A DNA stretch of 64,000 bases from Reyranella sp. (GTDB taxonomy: Bacteria > Pseudomonadota > Alphaproteobacteria > Reyranellales > Reyranellaceae), in assembly GCF_965229815.1 (NCBI RefSeq), contig NZ_CBDDJN010000002.1, forward strand, positions 1,741,562-1,805,561. Reading direction: 5' to 3'. Below are positions 1 through 7,958 of the stretch, piece by piece. How positions within the stretch are numbered: position 1 is the first letter of the stretch; every line of letters starts with the position of its first letter. Position numbers and translations under genes: made by a program. The notes under the pieces are model-generated. The model did not search any database and had not been told where the DNA came from. It was given only the letters and a program-made list of their open reading frames with translations.

Positions 1-93
1 ACACGGTTCGACAAGCTCGCCCGAAACTATCTTGCCGCCGTCCTGCTCGCTTCCACCAGACTATGGCTTCGAACTTATGAGTCCACGACCTAG
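1..93 (+). mobile_element. IS5-family transposase C-terminus and right end of the element (truncated by window edge)
   Basis: Frame 1 reads [30 protein letters not shown], matching the IS5-family C-terminal signature (TRYDKLA.N(F/Y).A). It ends in ...TATGAGTCCACGACCTAG, an IS5-type terminus ending at CTAG. Confidence 0.85.
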
Positions 94-431
94 CCCGAGG
101 CGGCCGGTGACCGAGGGCCAAGGAGAATGACGGCGGTGCCCGCGAGGCAAAGGGCTGCCCCGATCATGTCCCAGCGATCGGGCCGCACGCCCTCCGCCAG
201 CCACAGCCAGATCAGGGCGGCGACGATATAGATGCCGCCATAGGCCGCGTAGCTGCGGCCGGCGTGCGCAACGTCGACCAGGGTGAGGAACCAGGCGAAC
301 AGGGCCAGGGACACCATGCCCGGCGCCAGCCACCAGGCCGACTTGCCCATCCGCAGCCACGCCCAGAACGTGAAGCATCCGGCAATCTCCGCGACCGCGG
401 CGCCGACGAAGGCGGCAAGTGACAGATTCAT
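90..431 (-). CDS. ynfA: YnfA/UPF0060 family small multidrug-resistance-like membrane protein
   Basis: 113 aa with four TM helices; motifs AEIAGC..W.WLR and [11 protein letters not shown], and W..EG.RPDRWD.IG. Confidence 0.92.
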   Translation of the reverse strand: MNLSLAAFVGAAVAEIAGCFTFWAWLRMGKSAWWLAPGMVSLALFAWFLTLVDVAHAGRSYAAYGGIYIVAALIWLWLAEGVRPDRWDMIGAALCLAGTAVILLGPRSPAASG

Positions 432-536
432 GCGATGGACTCCAGGGCGAAGGGCGATTCGCTCTCGACCCTATCAGACGGTGGGGAGGGCGGGTGGAGG
501 GATCGCGGCCCTGTTGGGCGGCGATCTCGATCTAGC

Positions 537-862
537 TCAGAGCGTAGCTGCCGGCTTGGTCCACATCGAAGTCGCACGTGTGAAGTTCATGAATCTCCCA
601 ACGCTGATCCGCATCCGAGGCTTCGCTGCCTCGGCCTCATTGAAGAGGCAAGTATGGCCTTAACAAAATGTTAAGAGGGGAACCATCTGAGGCTCCGCTG
701 CCTCGGATTCATTGAAGGAACCGATAGAGATTGTCGAGCAGGCGGCGCGTGACCCTATCCGAGGCCGTTGCAGCTTCGATCCCATGGAATCTCCGTCTTT
801 TGCCGACAGAGTGGCGACCCTTCGGTCGACCATCGAGACCTCGCATCCCGGTCTCTGCGACG
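537..862 (+). CRISPR. Degenerate orphan CRISPR mini-array with type I-G (I-U)-like repeat, about 5 repeats and 4 spacers
   Basis: Best repeat is 611-645, GCATCCGAGGCTTCGCTGCCTCGGCCTCATTGAAG (7-bp stem CCGAGGC/GCCTCGG, 3' CTCATTGAAG). The copy at 683-717 matches 30/35. Decayed copies lie at 755-790 (about 24/36), 829-862 (about 23 matches, two gaps) and 537-571 (14 of the last 20 nt). Repeat 3' ends fall at 571, 645, 717, 790 and 862 (period 72-74), with unique 37-39 nt spacers. Confidence 0.65.
660..674. promoter_or_regulatory. CtrA-binding consensus TTAA-N7-TTAA
   Basis: TTAA CAAAATG TTAA at 660-674 is an exact match to the established alphaproteobacterial CtrA box. It lies inside the 646-682 spacer. 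Confidence 0.55.
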
Positions 863-1023
863 GGCGTGACTGCACTGCAGTCATCAACATGTTGCGATTC
901 GGGGCCCGTCACGCTCTAGCCTTGGCCGTTCCCGGAGCCCAAAAAGTCGCAATAAAATGACCCTGCCTCTGGCGTCTGAGCACATCCCTTGAAATGAACT
1001 ATTACCCAAGTTATATTCCGGTC

Positions 1024-1548
1024 ATGACCGCCCAAGGCCGCCCCACCCTCTACGACCCCGAGCTCTGCGAGCCGGCGCACAACTACTGCCTGCTGGGTGC
1101 GACCAACGACGATCTGGCGGAATTCTTCGGCGTATCGCCCAGCACCATCGACAACTGGATCGCGCGCCATGCCGAATTCGGCGACGCGGTGCGGCGCGGT
1201 CGCGTCGTGGCCGACGCGCGGGTGGCGCGCGCGCTCTACGACCGCGCCGTTGGATTCGAGCGGCCAGTGGAGCGGCCAGTGGAGCGGCCAGTGGAGCGGT
1301 CCGTGATCGCGGGTGACGCGAAGACGGTCACGACCACGGTCTACTATCCGCCCAGCGTGGCGGCCTGCATCTTCTGGCTGCGTCACCGTCAGCGCAGCTC
1401 CTGGAGTGAATCCAGCCAGCTGGCGAAGGGCAGGGCGGTCGACGACCCCGCGGCGTTCGCCGATGACGACATCGCGCGGCTCGAGGCGGCAAGCGAGAGG
1501 GCGCGCCGCGGCGGCGAGGGCGCTGTCGGGGCAAGTGCCGGCGATTGA
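1024..1548 (+). CDS. Phage terminase small-subunit-like helix-turn-helix protein (orphan)
   Basis: GRPTLYDPE..A..YCLLGATNDDLAEFFGVSPSTIDNW..RH.EF..AVRRGR..AD..VARALYDRAVG resembles HTH-type small terminases. The start could be 994 or 1024. Confidence 0.6.
   Translation: MTAQGRPTLYDPELCEPAHNYCLLGATNDDLAEFFGVSPSTIDNWIARHAEFGDAVRRGRVVADARVARALYDRAVGFERPVERPVERPVERSVIAGDAKTVTTTVYYPPSVAACIFWLRHRQRSSWSESSQLAKGRAVDDPAAFADDDIARLEAASERARRGGEGAVGASAGD
1258..1299 (+). repeat. In-frame 12-bp tandem repeat (GAGCGGCCAGTG x3.5) encoding ERPV x3
   Basis: Exact units at 1258, 1270 and 1282, plus a partial unit at 1294. Confidence 0.95.
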
Positions 1549-1600
1549 GAGGCGGGCGCTCGCGCATCCGTCGATGCGCGCCGTATCGGGCGTCGCCGGC

Positions 1601-2599
1601 CTACGCCGCGCTGGCGTAGATCCGGTCGAGGTCGCCGTCGTCGTAGGCGTACTCGGTCGAGCAGAACTCGCACTTCACCGCGACGCGGCCCGACGGGTCG
1701 CGCATGTCGTCCAGCTCCTCGCGGCGGATCGCGCGCAGCACGCGGTCGATGCGCTCGCGGCTGCAGCGGCAGCGCGCGGCGAAGGGGCGGGGCGCGAAGC
1801 GGCGCGGCTGCTCGGCATGGAACAGCCGGTGCAGGAGGACCTCGCCCGGCAGGCCGGGATCGAGCATCTCGGCCTCGGTCGCCGAGGCCATCAGGATCAC
1901 CGCCTTGCGCCAGTCGTCCTCGCGCTGCTCCTGGTCGATGTCGAGGCGGCCGGCGTCGAACTCCGGCATCTGCTGCACCATCAGCGCGGCGGCCCGCCAG
2001 TGGCCGGCGCCGTCGGCGTCGACCGTGTGCTGCGCGGCGATCTTGATGCCGGTCGGCAGCTGCTCGGACTGGCGGAAATAGGTATGGGCGCAGTCGGCCA
2101 GGGTCGCGCCCTCGAGCGGCACGACGCCCTGGTAGCGCTCGGTGTGCTGGCCCTGGTCGACGGTGAAGGAGAGCCGCCCGCGGCCGAACAGGCGCGGCAC
2201 GTAGGCGTCCGGCGCCTCGCCCGCATGCAGCGGCTTGTCGCCGCCCTCGCCCAGCGCCACCGCCAGCTTCCAGGAATCGAACTGGGCGTAGCCGCGCAGG
2301 GCGCCGTCGCTGGTGAGGTCGGTGACGAGGAGGCGGACCGGCCCGTCGCCCGAGATCTGCAGGGTGAAGATGCCGTCGTACTTGAGCGAGGTGGCGAGCG
2401 CCGTGCACAGCGTCATCGCCTCCGCGAGCGGCCGCGCCACGGCCAGCGGATAGCCGTGGCGCTCGATCACCGCGTCGAGCGAGCGGCCGAGCCGCACCAG
2501 ACGCCCGCGCACGCCCAGCGCGTCGAGCTGGAACGGCAGCGCCTGGTCCCCTTCCGGCTTGTCGGCGTCGGAAGAGCGGAAGCCTTCCGACGATCCCAT
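1601..2599 (-). CDS. hslO: Hsp33 redox-regulated chaperone
   Basis: LPFQL...VRGRLVRL N-terminus; zinc motif CRCS...CEFC. The ATG at 2599 overlaps the argF stop (ATGA). Confidence 0.93.
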   Translation of the reverse strand: MGSSEGFRSSDADKPEGDQALPFQLDALGVRGRLVRLGRSLDAVIERHGYPLAVARPLAEAMTLCTALATSLKYDGIFTLQISGDGPVRLLVTDLTSDGALRGYAQFDSWKLAVALGEGGDKPLHAGEAPDAYVPRLFGRGRLSFTVDQGQHTERYQGVVPLEGATLADCAHTYFRQSEQLPTGIKIAAQHTVDADGAGHWRAAALMVQQMPEFDAGRLDIDQEQREDDWRKAVILMASATEAEMLDPGLPGEVLLHRLFHAEQPRRFAPRPFAARCRCSRERIDRVLRAIRREELDDMRDPSGRVAVKCEFCSTEYAYDDGDLDRIYASAA

Positions 2600-3525
2600 C
2601 AGGAAAGGCACCAGGCCAGGATGCTCTTCTGCGCGTGCAGGCGGTTCTCCGCCTCGTCGAACACGACCGACTGCGGCCCGTCGATGACGTCGGTCGTCAC
2701 CTCCTCGCCGCGATGGGCGGGCAGGCAATGCATGAAGATGGCGTCGGGCTTGGCCTGCTTCATCAGCCGGTCATCGACCTGGTACCCGCGCAGGAGGTTG
2801 TGGCGGCGCGCGGCGCTCGGGCTGTGCGGGTCCTCGTCGCCCATCGACACCCAGGTGTCGGTGACGACGCAGTCGGCGCCCTTCACGATCGATTCGGGAT
2901 CGTGGCCGATCGTGATGCGACCCTGCGACTTCGACGCCCAGTCGACCACGTCGGCCGGTGGCTTGAGCTCGGGCGGGCAGGCGACGCGCAGTTCGAAGTC
3001 GAACTGCACGGCGGCATGGATCCAGCTCGTCGCCATGTTGTTGCCGTCGCCCGACCAGGCGATCGACTTGCCCCGGATGGGACCGCGATGCTCCTCGTAG
3101 GTCATCACGTCGGCCATGAGCTGGCAGGGATGGGTCTTGTCGGTCAGGCCGTTGATGACCGGCACCGTCGCGTACTTCGCCATCTCGAGGAGCTTCTCCT
3201 CGACCGTCGTGCGCATCATGATGATGTCGACGTAGCGGCTGAGCACGCGCGCGGTGTCGGCGATCGTCTCGCCGCGGCCGAGCTGGGTGTCGGTGCGGCC
3301 GAGCATGATCGTCTGGCCGCCGAGCTCGCGCATGCCGACCTCGAACGACACGCGGGTGCGGGTCGAGGGCTTCTCGAAGATCATCGCGAGCGTCTTGCCG
3401 GCGAGCGGCTTGTCGTGCCCGCCGTTCGCCCGCGCCTTCTTCATCGCCTTGCCGTGATCCAGGATCTGGCGAAGCGTTTGCGGATCGACCTGGTCGAGGT
3501 CGAGGAAATGCTTGGGAACCGCCAT
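2599..3525 (-). CDS. argF: Ornithine carbamoyltransferase
   Basis: [20 protein letters not shown] and FMHCLPA motifs. Confidence 0.97.
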   Translation of the reverse strand: MAVPKHFLDLDQVDPQTLRQILDHGKAMKKARANGGHDKPLAGKTLAMIFEKPSTRTRVSFEVGMRELGGQTIMLGRTDTQLGRGETIADTARVLSRYVDIIMMRTTVEEKLLEMAKYATVPVINGLTDKTHPCQLMADVMTYEEHRGPIRGKSIAWSGDGNNMATSWIHAAVQFDFELRVACPPELKPPADVVDWASKSQGRITIGHDPESIVKGADCVVTDTWVSMGDEDPHSPSAARRHNLLRGYQVDDRLMKQAKPDAIFMHCLPAHRGEEVTTDVIDGPQSVVFDEAENRLHAQKSILAWCLS

Positions 3526-3528
3526 GGC

Positions 3529-4731
3529 CTACTCGGCGGCCTTGGTGGCACCCTGAGCCTCGGCCTCGAACGACTGCGCCGCCTTCTCGAGGATCGACAC
3601 GCCCTCGTCGAGGGCGGCCTTGTCGGCGATCAGCGCCGGGAAGACGCGGATCACGTTTTCCCCGGCGATCGGCACGAGCATGCCGAACGACATCAGCCGG
3701 TCGACCATGTCGCCGGCCGGCACGACGCAGCGCAGCCCCTGCAGGAAGCCGGTGCCGCGCGCCTCGGCGAAGACCTTGGGATGCTTCTTCACCAGCGCCT
3801 GGAGCTGTCCCTTGAGATACTCGCCGCGCTGGTGGACGCCGTCGAGGAAGCCCGGCTTCGTGATCTCGTCGAGCACCGCATTGGCCACGCCGGTGGCGAG
3901 CGGATTGCCGCCGTAGGTCGAGCCGTGCGTGCCCGGCACCATGCCGACGGCCGCCTTCTCGGTCGCCATGAAGGCGCCGATCGGGAAGCCGCCGCCCATG
4001 CCCTTGGCCACCGCCATGACGTCGGGCGCCACGCCCGACCATTCGTAGGCGAAGAGCTTGCCGGTGCGGCCGAAGCCGGTGTGGATCTCGTCGTAGAACA
4101 GCAGCAGGCCGAACTCGTCGCAGATCGCGCGCAGCGCCTTCAGGAAGTCGGTCGTGGTCTCGCGCACGCCGCCCTCGCCCTGGATCGGCTCGACCAGGAT
4201 GCCGGCCGTCTCGTCGTCGACCATGTCGCGCACGACGTTGGCGTTGTTCAGCGGCGCGTGGCGGTAACCCGCCGCCGGCGGGCCGAAGCCCTCCAGGTAC
4301 TTCTCGTTGCCGGTCGCCGCCAGCGCGTTCAGCAGCCGGCCGTGGAAGGCCGCCTGGAAGCAGATGATCTTGTAGCGCTTGGGCTTGCCGTTCACGTACT
4401 GGTACTTGCGGATCAGCTTGATGCCGCCCTCGATCGCCTCCGCGCCGGAATTGCAGAAGAACATCGTGTCGGCGAAGGTGAGCTCGGTGAGCCGCGTCGC
4501 CAGCTTCTCGCCGTTGCCGATCCGGTAGAGGTTCGACGTGTGCCAGAGCTTCTGGCCCTGCTCGGTCAGCGCCTTGACCAGGGCGGGATGGCAGTGGCCC
4601 AGCGCGTTCACGGCGATGCCGGACGTGAAGTCGAGAAAACGTCGGCCGTCCGTCGCGTAGAGATAGTTGCCCTCTCCGCGTTCGAACACGACGTCCTTGC
4701 GACCGTACGTCGGCATCACAGCCGTAATCAC
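3529..4731 (-). CDS. argD: Acetylornithine aminotransferase
   Basis: Class III PLP aminotransferase with FHGR, EPIQGEGG, DEIHTGFGRTG, AKGMGGGFPIG and HGSTYGGNP. GTG start with AGGAGG SD. Confidence 0.95.
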   Translation of the reverse strand: MITAVMPTYGRKDVVFERGEGNYLYATDGRRFLDFTSGIAVNALGHCHPALVKALTEQGQKLWHTSNLYRIGNGEKLATRLTELTFADTMFFCNSGAEAIEGGIKLIRKYQYVNGKPKRYKIICFQAAFHGRLLNALAATGNEKYLEGFGPPAAGYRHAPLNNANVVRDMVDDETAGILVEPIQGEGGVRETTTDFLKALRAICDEFGLLLFYDEIHTGFGRTGKLFAYEWSGVAPDVMAVAKGMGGGFPIGAFMATEKAAVGMVPGTHGSTYGGNPLATGVANAVLDEITKPGFLDGVHQRGEYLKGQLQALVKKHPKVFAEARGTGFLQGLRCVVPAGDMVDRLMSFGMLVPIAGENVIRVFPALIADKAALDEGVSILEKAAQSFEAEAQGATKAAE

Positions 4732-4812
4732 GGGGAACCTCCTGCAAAAGAAAACACCCTGCTTCGGGACCGCGGCGCCGGAACGGACAGACCGGGTCGA
4801 GCAGGGTCGGGC

Positions 4813-4841
4813 ACTATCTTATCCGCGTCCGGGTGTGTCAA
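4813..4841 (-). promoter_or_regulatory. Putative sigma70 promoter for argD-argF-hslO
   Basis: Minus strand reads TTGACA-N17-GATAGT, about 80 nt upstream of the argD start. Confidence 0.55.
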
Positions 4842-4864
4842 CGTGGCCCATCTGCTCGCTCTCG

Positions 4865-4970
4865 CTCATGCTCCTCTCCCCCGTCAGGGGGAGAGGTTGG
4901 GTGAGGGGGCCTGCTCCGTTGTCGCCCCCCTCACCTTGCCTCTCCCCCTAGCGGGGGAGAGGAACATGAG
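4865..4970. repeat. REP/MITE-like palindromic intergenic repeat, copy 1
   Basis: CTCATG...CATGAG termini enclose two CTCTCCCCC/GGGGGAGAG hairpins. It is an inverted near-copy of 23936-24043. Confidence 0.85.
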
Positions 4971-4989
4971 ATAGGAGACCCGCCTTCCG

Positions 4990-6732
4990 ATGACCGCCAC
5001 GCCGACCCGCAACGCCACGCTGGCTCTCAGGCGCGCCGATTTCCGATCGGTGCCGGAGATGCTCGGCTACGCCGCGCGCGGCGACACCGGTGTTACCTTT
5101 TATAGTGTCAGGGGCGAGATTCTCTCGACCCTCGCATGGCGCGACGTCGAGACGCGCGCGCAGGCGGTGGCGCGTCGGCTGATCGGCGCCGGCTTCCAGC
5201 GCGGCGAGCGCATCCTGGTGACGGCCGATACCTGGCCGGGCTTCTTCGACCTGTTCTTCGGCGCCCAGCATGCCGGCCTGCTGCCGGTGCCGGTCTCGGT
5301 GCCCGCCGGCATCGGCGGCAAGGACGCCTATGTCGAGCAGCTTCGCCGCCAGCTCAGCGCCTCGGGCGCGGTGGCCGCGATCGCCATCGACGAGCTGCGC
5401 GACTTCCTGCTCGAGGCGGCGCGCGACCTGCCGGCGGTGCGGCTGGCCGGCGGCATGGACGTCATCGAGGCGTTGCCCGATGCGGCCGTGGAGCTGCGGC
5501 CGCTCGGCCCCGACGAGCTCTGCTACATCCAGTTCTCCTCGGGCAGCACGCGCCATCCGCACGGCGTGCAGATCACCCAGGCGGCGCTGATGGCCAATCT
5601 CGCGGGCATCACCGGACCGGCAGGACTCGACGTCGTGGCCGGCGACCGCGCCGTGAGCTGGCTGCCGCTCTATCACGACATGGGACTGATCGGCTTCCTG
5701 ATGGCGCCGCTCAGCTGCCAGCTTTCGATCGACTATCTGACGCCGCGCGACTTCGCCCGGCGGCCGGCGCAGTGGCTGAACATCATCTCGCAAAATCGCG
5801 GCAGCATCGCCTACAGCCCGAGCTTCGGCTACGACCTCGCGGTCCGCCGCGGCGCCAGGCAGGCGCCGGACGATCTCGACCTGTCGAGCTGGCGCCATGC
5901 CGGCATCGGCGGCGACATGATCCGGCCCGACGTGCTCCAGCGCTTCGCCGAGACCTTCGCCGGCGCGGGCTTCGACCGCGGCGCCTTCATCCCGAGCTAC
6001 GGCATGGCCGAGGTCTGCCTCGCCATCACCTTCAGCCCGCACGGCACCGGCGTGCGCACCGACACGGTCGACCGCACCGCGCTGGCGCAGGAGCAGCGCG
6101 CCGTGCCGGCCGGCGACGCCGCCGACGAGCAGCGTGCCCGCCGCTTCGTGCTGTGCGGCCGCGTGCTGCCCGGCCATCGGCTCGAGGTCCGCGGCGCCGA
6201 CGGCGCGGTGCTGGCCGACCGCGCGGTGGGCCGCATCTTCGTGCAGGGGCCCAGCATCATGCCGGGCTACTTCGGCGCGCCCGAGGCCAGCGCCGAGGTC
6301 CTGTCGGCCGACGGCTGGCTCGACACCGGCGACCTCGGCTACACGCTGGCGGGCGAGATCGTCGTCACCGGCCGCGCCAAGGACCTCATCATCGTCAACG
6401 GCCGCAATGTCTGGCCGCAGGACATCGAATGGGCCATCGAGGCGCGCCGCGTCGTCAAGGGCGGCGATTCCGCGGCCTTCTCGGTCGATACCGGCGAGGG
6501 CGAGCGCGTCGTGGTGGCGGTGCTGGCGCGCGTGTCGGGCGACACGGCGCGCGAGGCGCTGGCCCGCGACGTTGCCGGCGTCGTGCGCGAAAGCGTCGCC
6601 GTCGACTGCGACGTCGTCCTGGTGCCGCCGTCGATGGGCCTGCCGACCACCTCCTCGGGCAAGCTCTCGCGCTCGCGCGCCAAGGCCAACTACCTGGCCG
6701 GCCTCTATGCCCCGAAGACGGCGGCGGCGTGA
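4990..6732 (+). CDS. Fatty acyl-AMP ligase / acyl-ACP synthetase of the sphingolipid cluster
   Basis: 580 aa adenylate-forming enzyme with YIQFSSGST, SWLPLYHDMGLIG, YGMAE, GWLDTGDLG and PTTSSGKLSR. Confidence 0.9.
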   Translation: MTATPTRNATLALRRADFRSVPEMLGYAARGDTGVTFYSVRGEILSTLAWRDVETRAQAVARRLIGAGFQRGERILVTADTWPGFFDLFFGAQHAGLLPVPVSVPAGIGGKDAYVEQLRRQLSASGAVAAIAIDELRDFLLEAARDLPAVRLAGGMDVIEALPDAAVELRPLGPDELCYIQFSSGSTRHPHGVQITQAALMANLAGITGPAGLDVVAGDRAVSWLPLYHDMGLIGFLMAPLSCQLSIDYLTPRDFARRPAQWLNIISQNRGSIAYSPSFGYDLAVRRGARQAPDDLDLSSWRHAGIGGDMIRPDVLQRFAETFAGAGFDRGAFIPSYGMAEVCLAITFSPHGTGVRTDTVDRTALAQEQRAVPAGDAADEQRARRFVLCGRVLPGHRLEVRGADGAVLADRAVGRIFVQGPSIMPGYFGAPEASAEVLSADGWLDTGDLGYTLAGEIVVTGRAKDLIIVNGRNVWPQDIEWAIEARRVVKGGDSAAFSVDTGEGERVVVAVLARVSGDTAREALARDVAGVVRESVAVDCDVVLVPPSMGLPTTSSGKLSRSRAKANYLAGLYAPKTAAA

Positions 6733-6740
6733 TTTCTCTT

Positions 6741-6907
6741 CTCCTCCCCGTCGCGGATTCCGCGATGGGGAGGTGCCGCCGGCAGCGGCGGCGGAGGGGT
6801 CATGAGCGCCATTATGGTTGCCCATGACCCCTCCGCCCGCTGCCGCGCCTGTGAAGGCGCTCACGCGGGCACCTCCCCCTCGCCGGATCGGCGACGGGGA
6901 GGGGGAG
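6741..6907. repeat. Second REP-like long palindromic element
   Basis: Outer arms CTCCTCCCCGTCGC / GCGACGGGGAGG, inner arms GGAGGGGTCATG / CATGACCCCTCC, and internal GGGGAGGTGCC / GGCACCTCCCC. Confidence 0.75.
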
Positions 6908-6917
6908 TATCGCGGCC

Positions 6918-7841
6918 ATGACCCTCGTCGCGGTCACCGGCGCGACCGGCTTCGTCGGGCCGCACCTGGTGGCGGCGCTGGGGCGGCGCGGCTTCCGGCT
7001 GCGCCTGCTGGTGCGGCGCTGGTCGCCGCTGCCGTCGCTGGACGGGGTCGATGCCGAGCTGGTCCTGGGCGACCTGGGCGACCGGCGGGCACTGGCCGCG
7101 CTGGTCGACGGCGCCGATGCCGTCATCCATGCCGCCGGCCTGATCAAGGCGCGCCGGCCGGCCGACTTCATGGCGGTCAACCGCGACGGCACGGCGCTTC
7201 TGTCGGCGCTGGCGCCCGACGCCACCTTCCTCCTCCTGTCGTCGCTGGCCGCCCGCGAGCCGTCCCTCTCGGCCTATGCCGCCAGCAAGCAGGCGGCCGA
7301 GGCGGCCGTGGCCAGCCGGCCGGGCCGCTGGCTGGCCGTGCGCGCGCCCGCGGTCTACGGGCCGGGCGACCGCGAGACCCTGGCCTATTTCAAGGCGGTC
7401 GCCCGGGGTCTCGCCCCCGAACCCCGGGTCGCGGAGGCGCGCCTGTCGCTGATCCACGTGGCCGACCTGGCCGAGGCACTGGCCCGGACGGTCGCGGCCC
7501 CGCCGCCGCCCGGGGGCTACGAGATCGACGACGGCCACCCGGGGGCCTACGGCTACGGCGACATGGCCGCCGCCGCCGGCCGGGCATTGGGGCGCGAGCC
7601 TTTTCGCTTGGCGGTCCCGCGGGCCGTCATGGCGGCGGTCGCCGGCGCCAATGGACTTTTGCAGACCCTGGGCGGGCCGGTCCGCATCCTGACCCCGGGG
7701 AAGGTGCGCGAGATCTTCCATCCCGACTGGACGGCCCACGACCGGCGGCTGGCGGCAGCGATCGGCTGGCGGGCGCGTTACGACCTGGAGGCCGGATTCC
7801 GCGAGACGATCTTGTGGTACCGGCGGCAGCGGTGGCTCTAG
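6918..7841 (+). CDS. cerR: NAD-dependent epimerase/dehydratase, probable CerR-type oxo-ceramide reductase
   Basis: GATGFVG Rossmann motif, SS..A...YAASK catalytic motif and VYGPGD. It sits next to acp and spt as in the Caulobacter ceramide locus. Confidence 0.7.
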   Translation: MTLVAVTGATGFVGPHLVAALGRRGFRLRLLVRRWSPLPSLDGVDAELVLGDLGDRRALAALVDGADAVIHAAGLIKARRPADFMAVNRDGTALLSALAPDATFLLLSSLAAREPSLSAYAASKQAAEAAVASRPGRWLAVRAPAVYGPGDRETLAYFKAVARGLAPEPRVAEARLSLIHVADLAEALARTVAAPPPPGGYEIDDGHPGAYGYGDMAAAAGRALGREPFRLAVPRAVMAAVAGANGLLQTLGGPVRILTPGKVREIFHPDWTAHDRRLAAAIGWRARYDLEAGFRETILWYRRQRWL

Positions 7842-7844
7842 AGG

Positions 7845-7880
7845 TTGTGAAACACTGCGTAACAATTTGTCATTTCACAA
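7845..7880. promoter_or_regulatory. AT-rich inverted repeat TTGTGAAA-N20-TTTCACAA (candidate operator or internal promoter)
   Basis: Perfect 8-bp inverted arms in the AT-rich gap between cerR and acp. Confidence 0.4.
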
Positions 7881-7958
7881 GGAATCACCGTTTCTGTCAG
7901 AAGGACGTTGTCTTACCCCGAGACTTTGGAGAGACGCGTTTTGCGCACCGCCCACGAA

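Noticed and set aside
467-535. GACCCTATC (shared with 751) and hairpin GATCGC-GCCC/GGGC-GCGATC as additional upstream repeats
   Set aside because: The rest of each segment does not align to the repeat and they do not fit the 72-74 nt period.
895-929. Possible sixth CRISPR repeat (CGATTCGGGGC...)
   Set aside because: Only the 5' third resembles the repeat, there is no ATTGAAG-like end, and the period is off.
712-960. 82-aa ORF running through the array
   Set aside because: It starts inside a repeat, has no SD or homology, and is better explained by the array.
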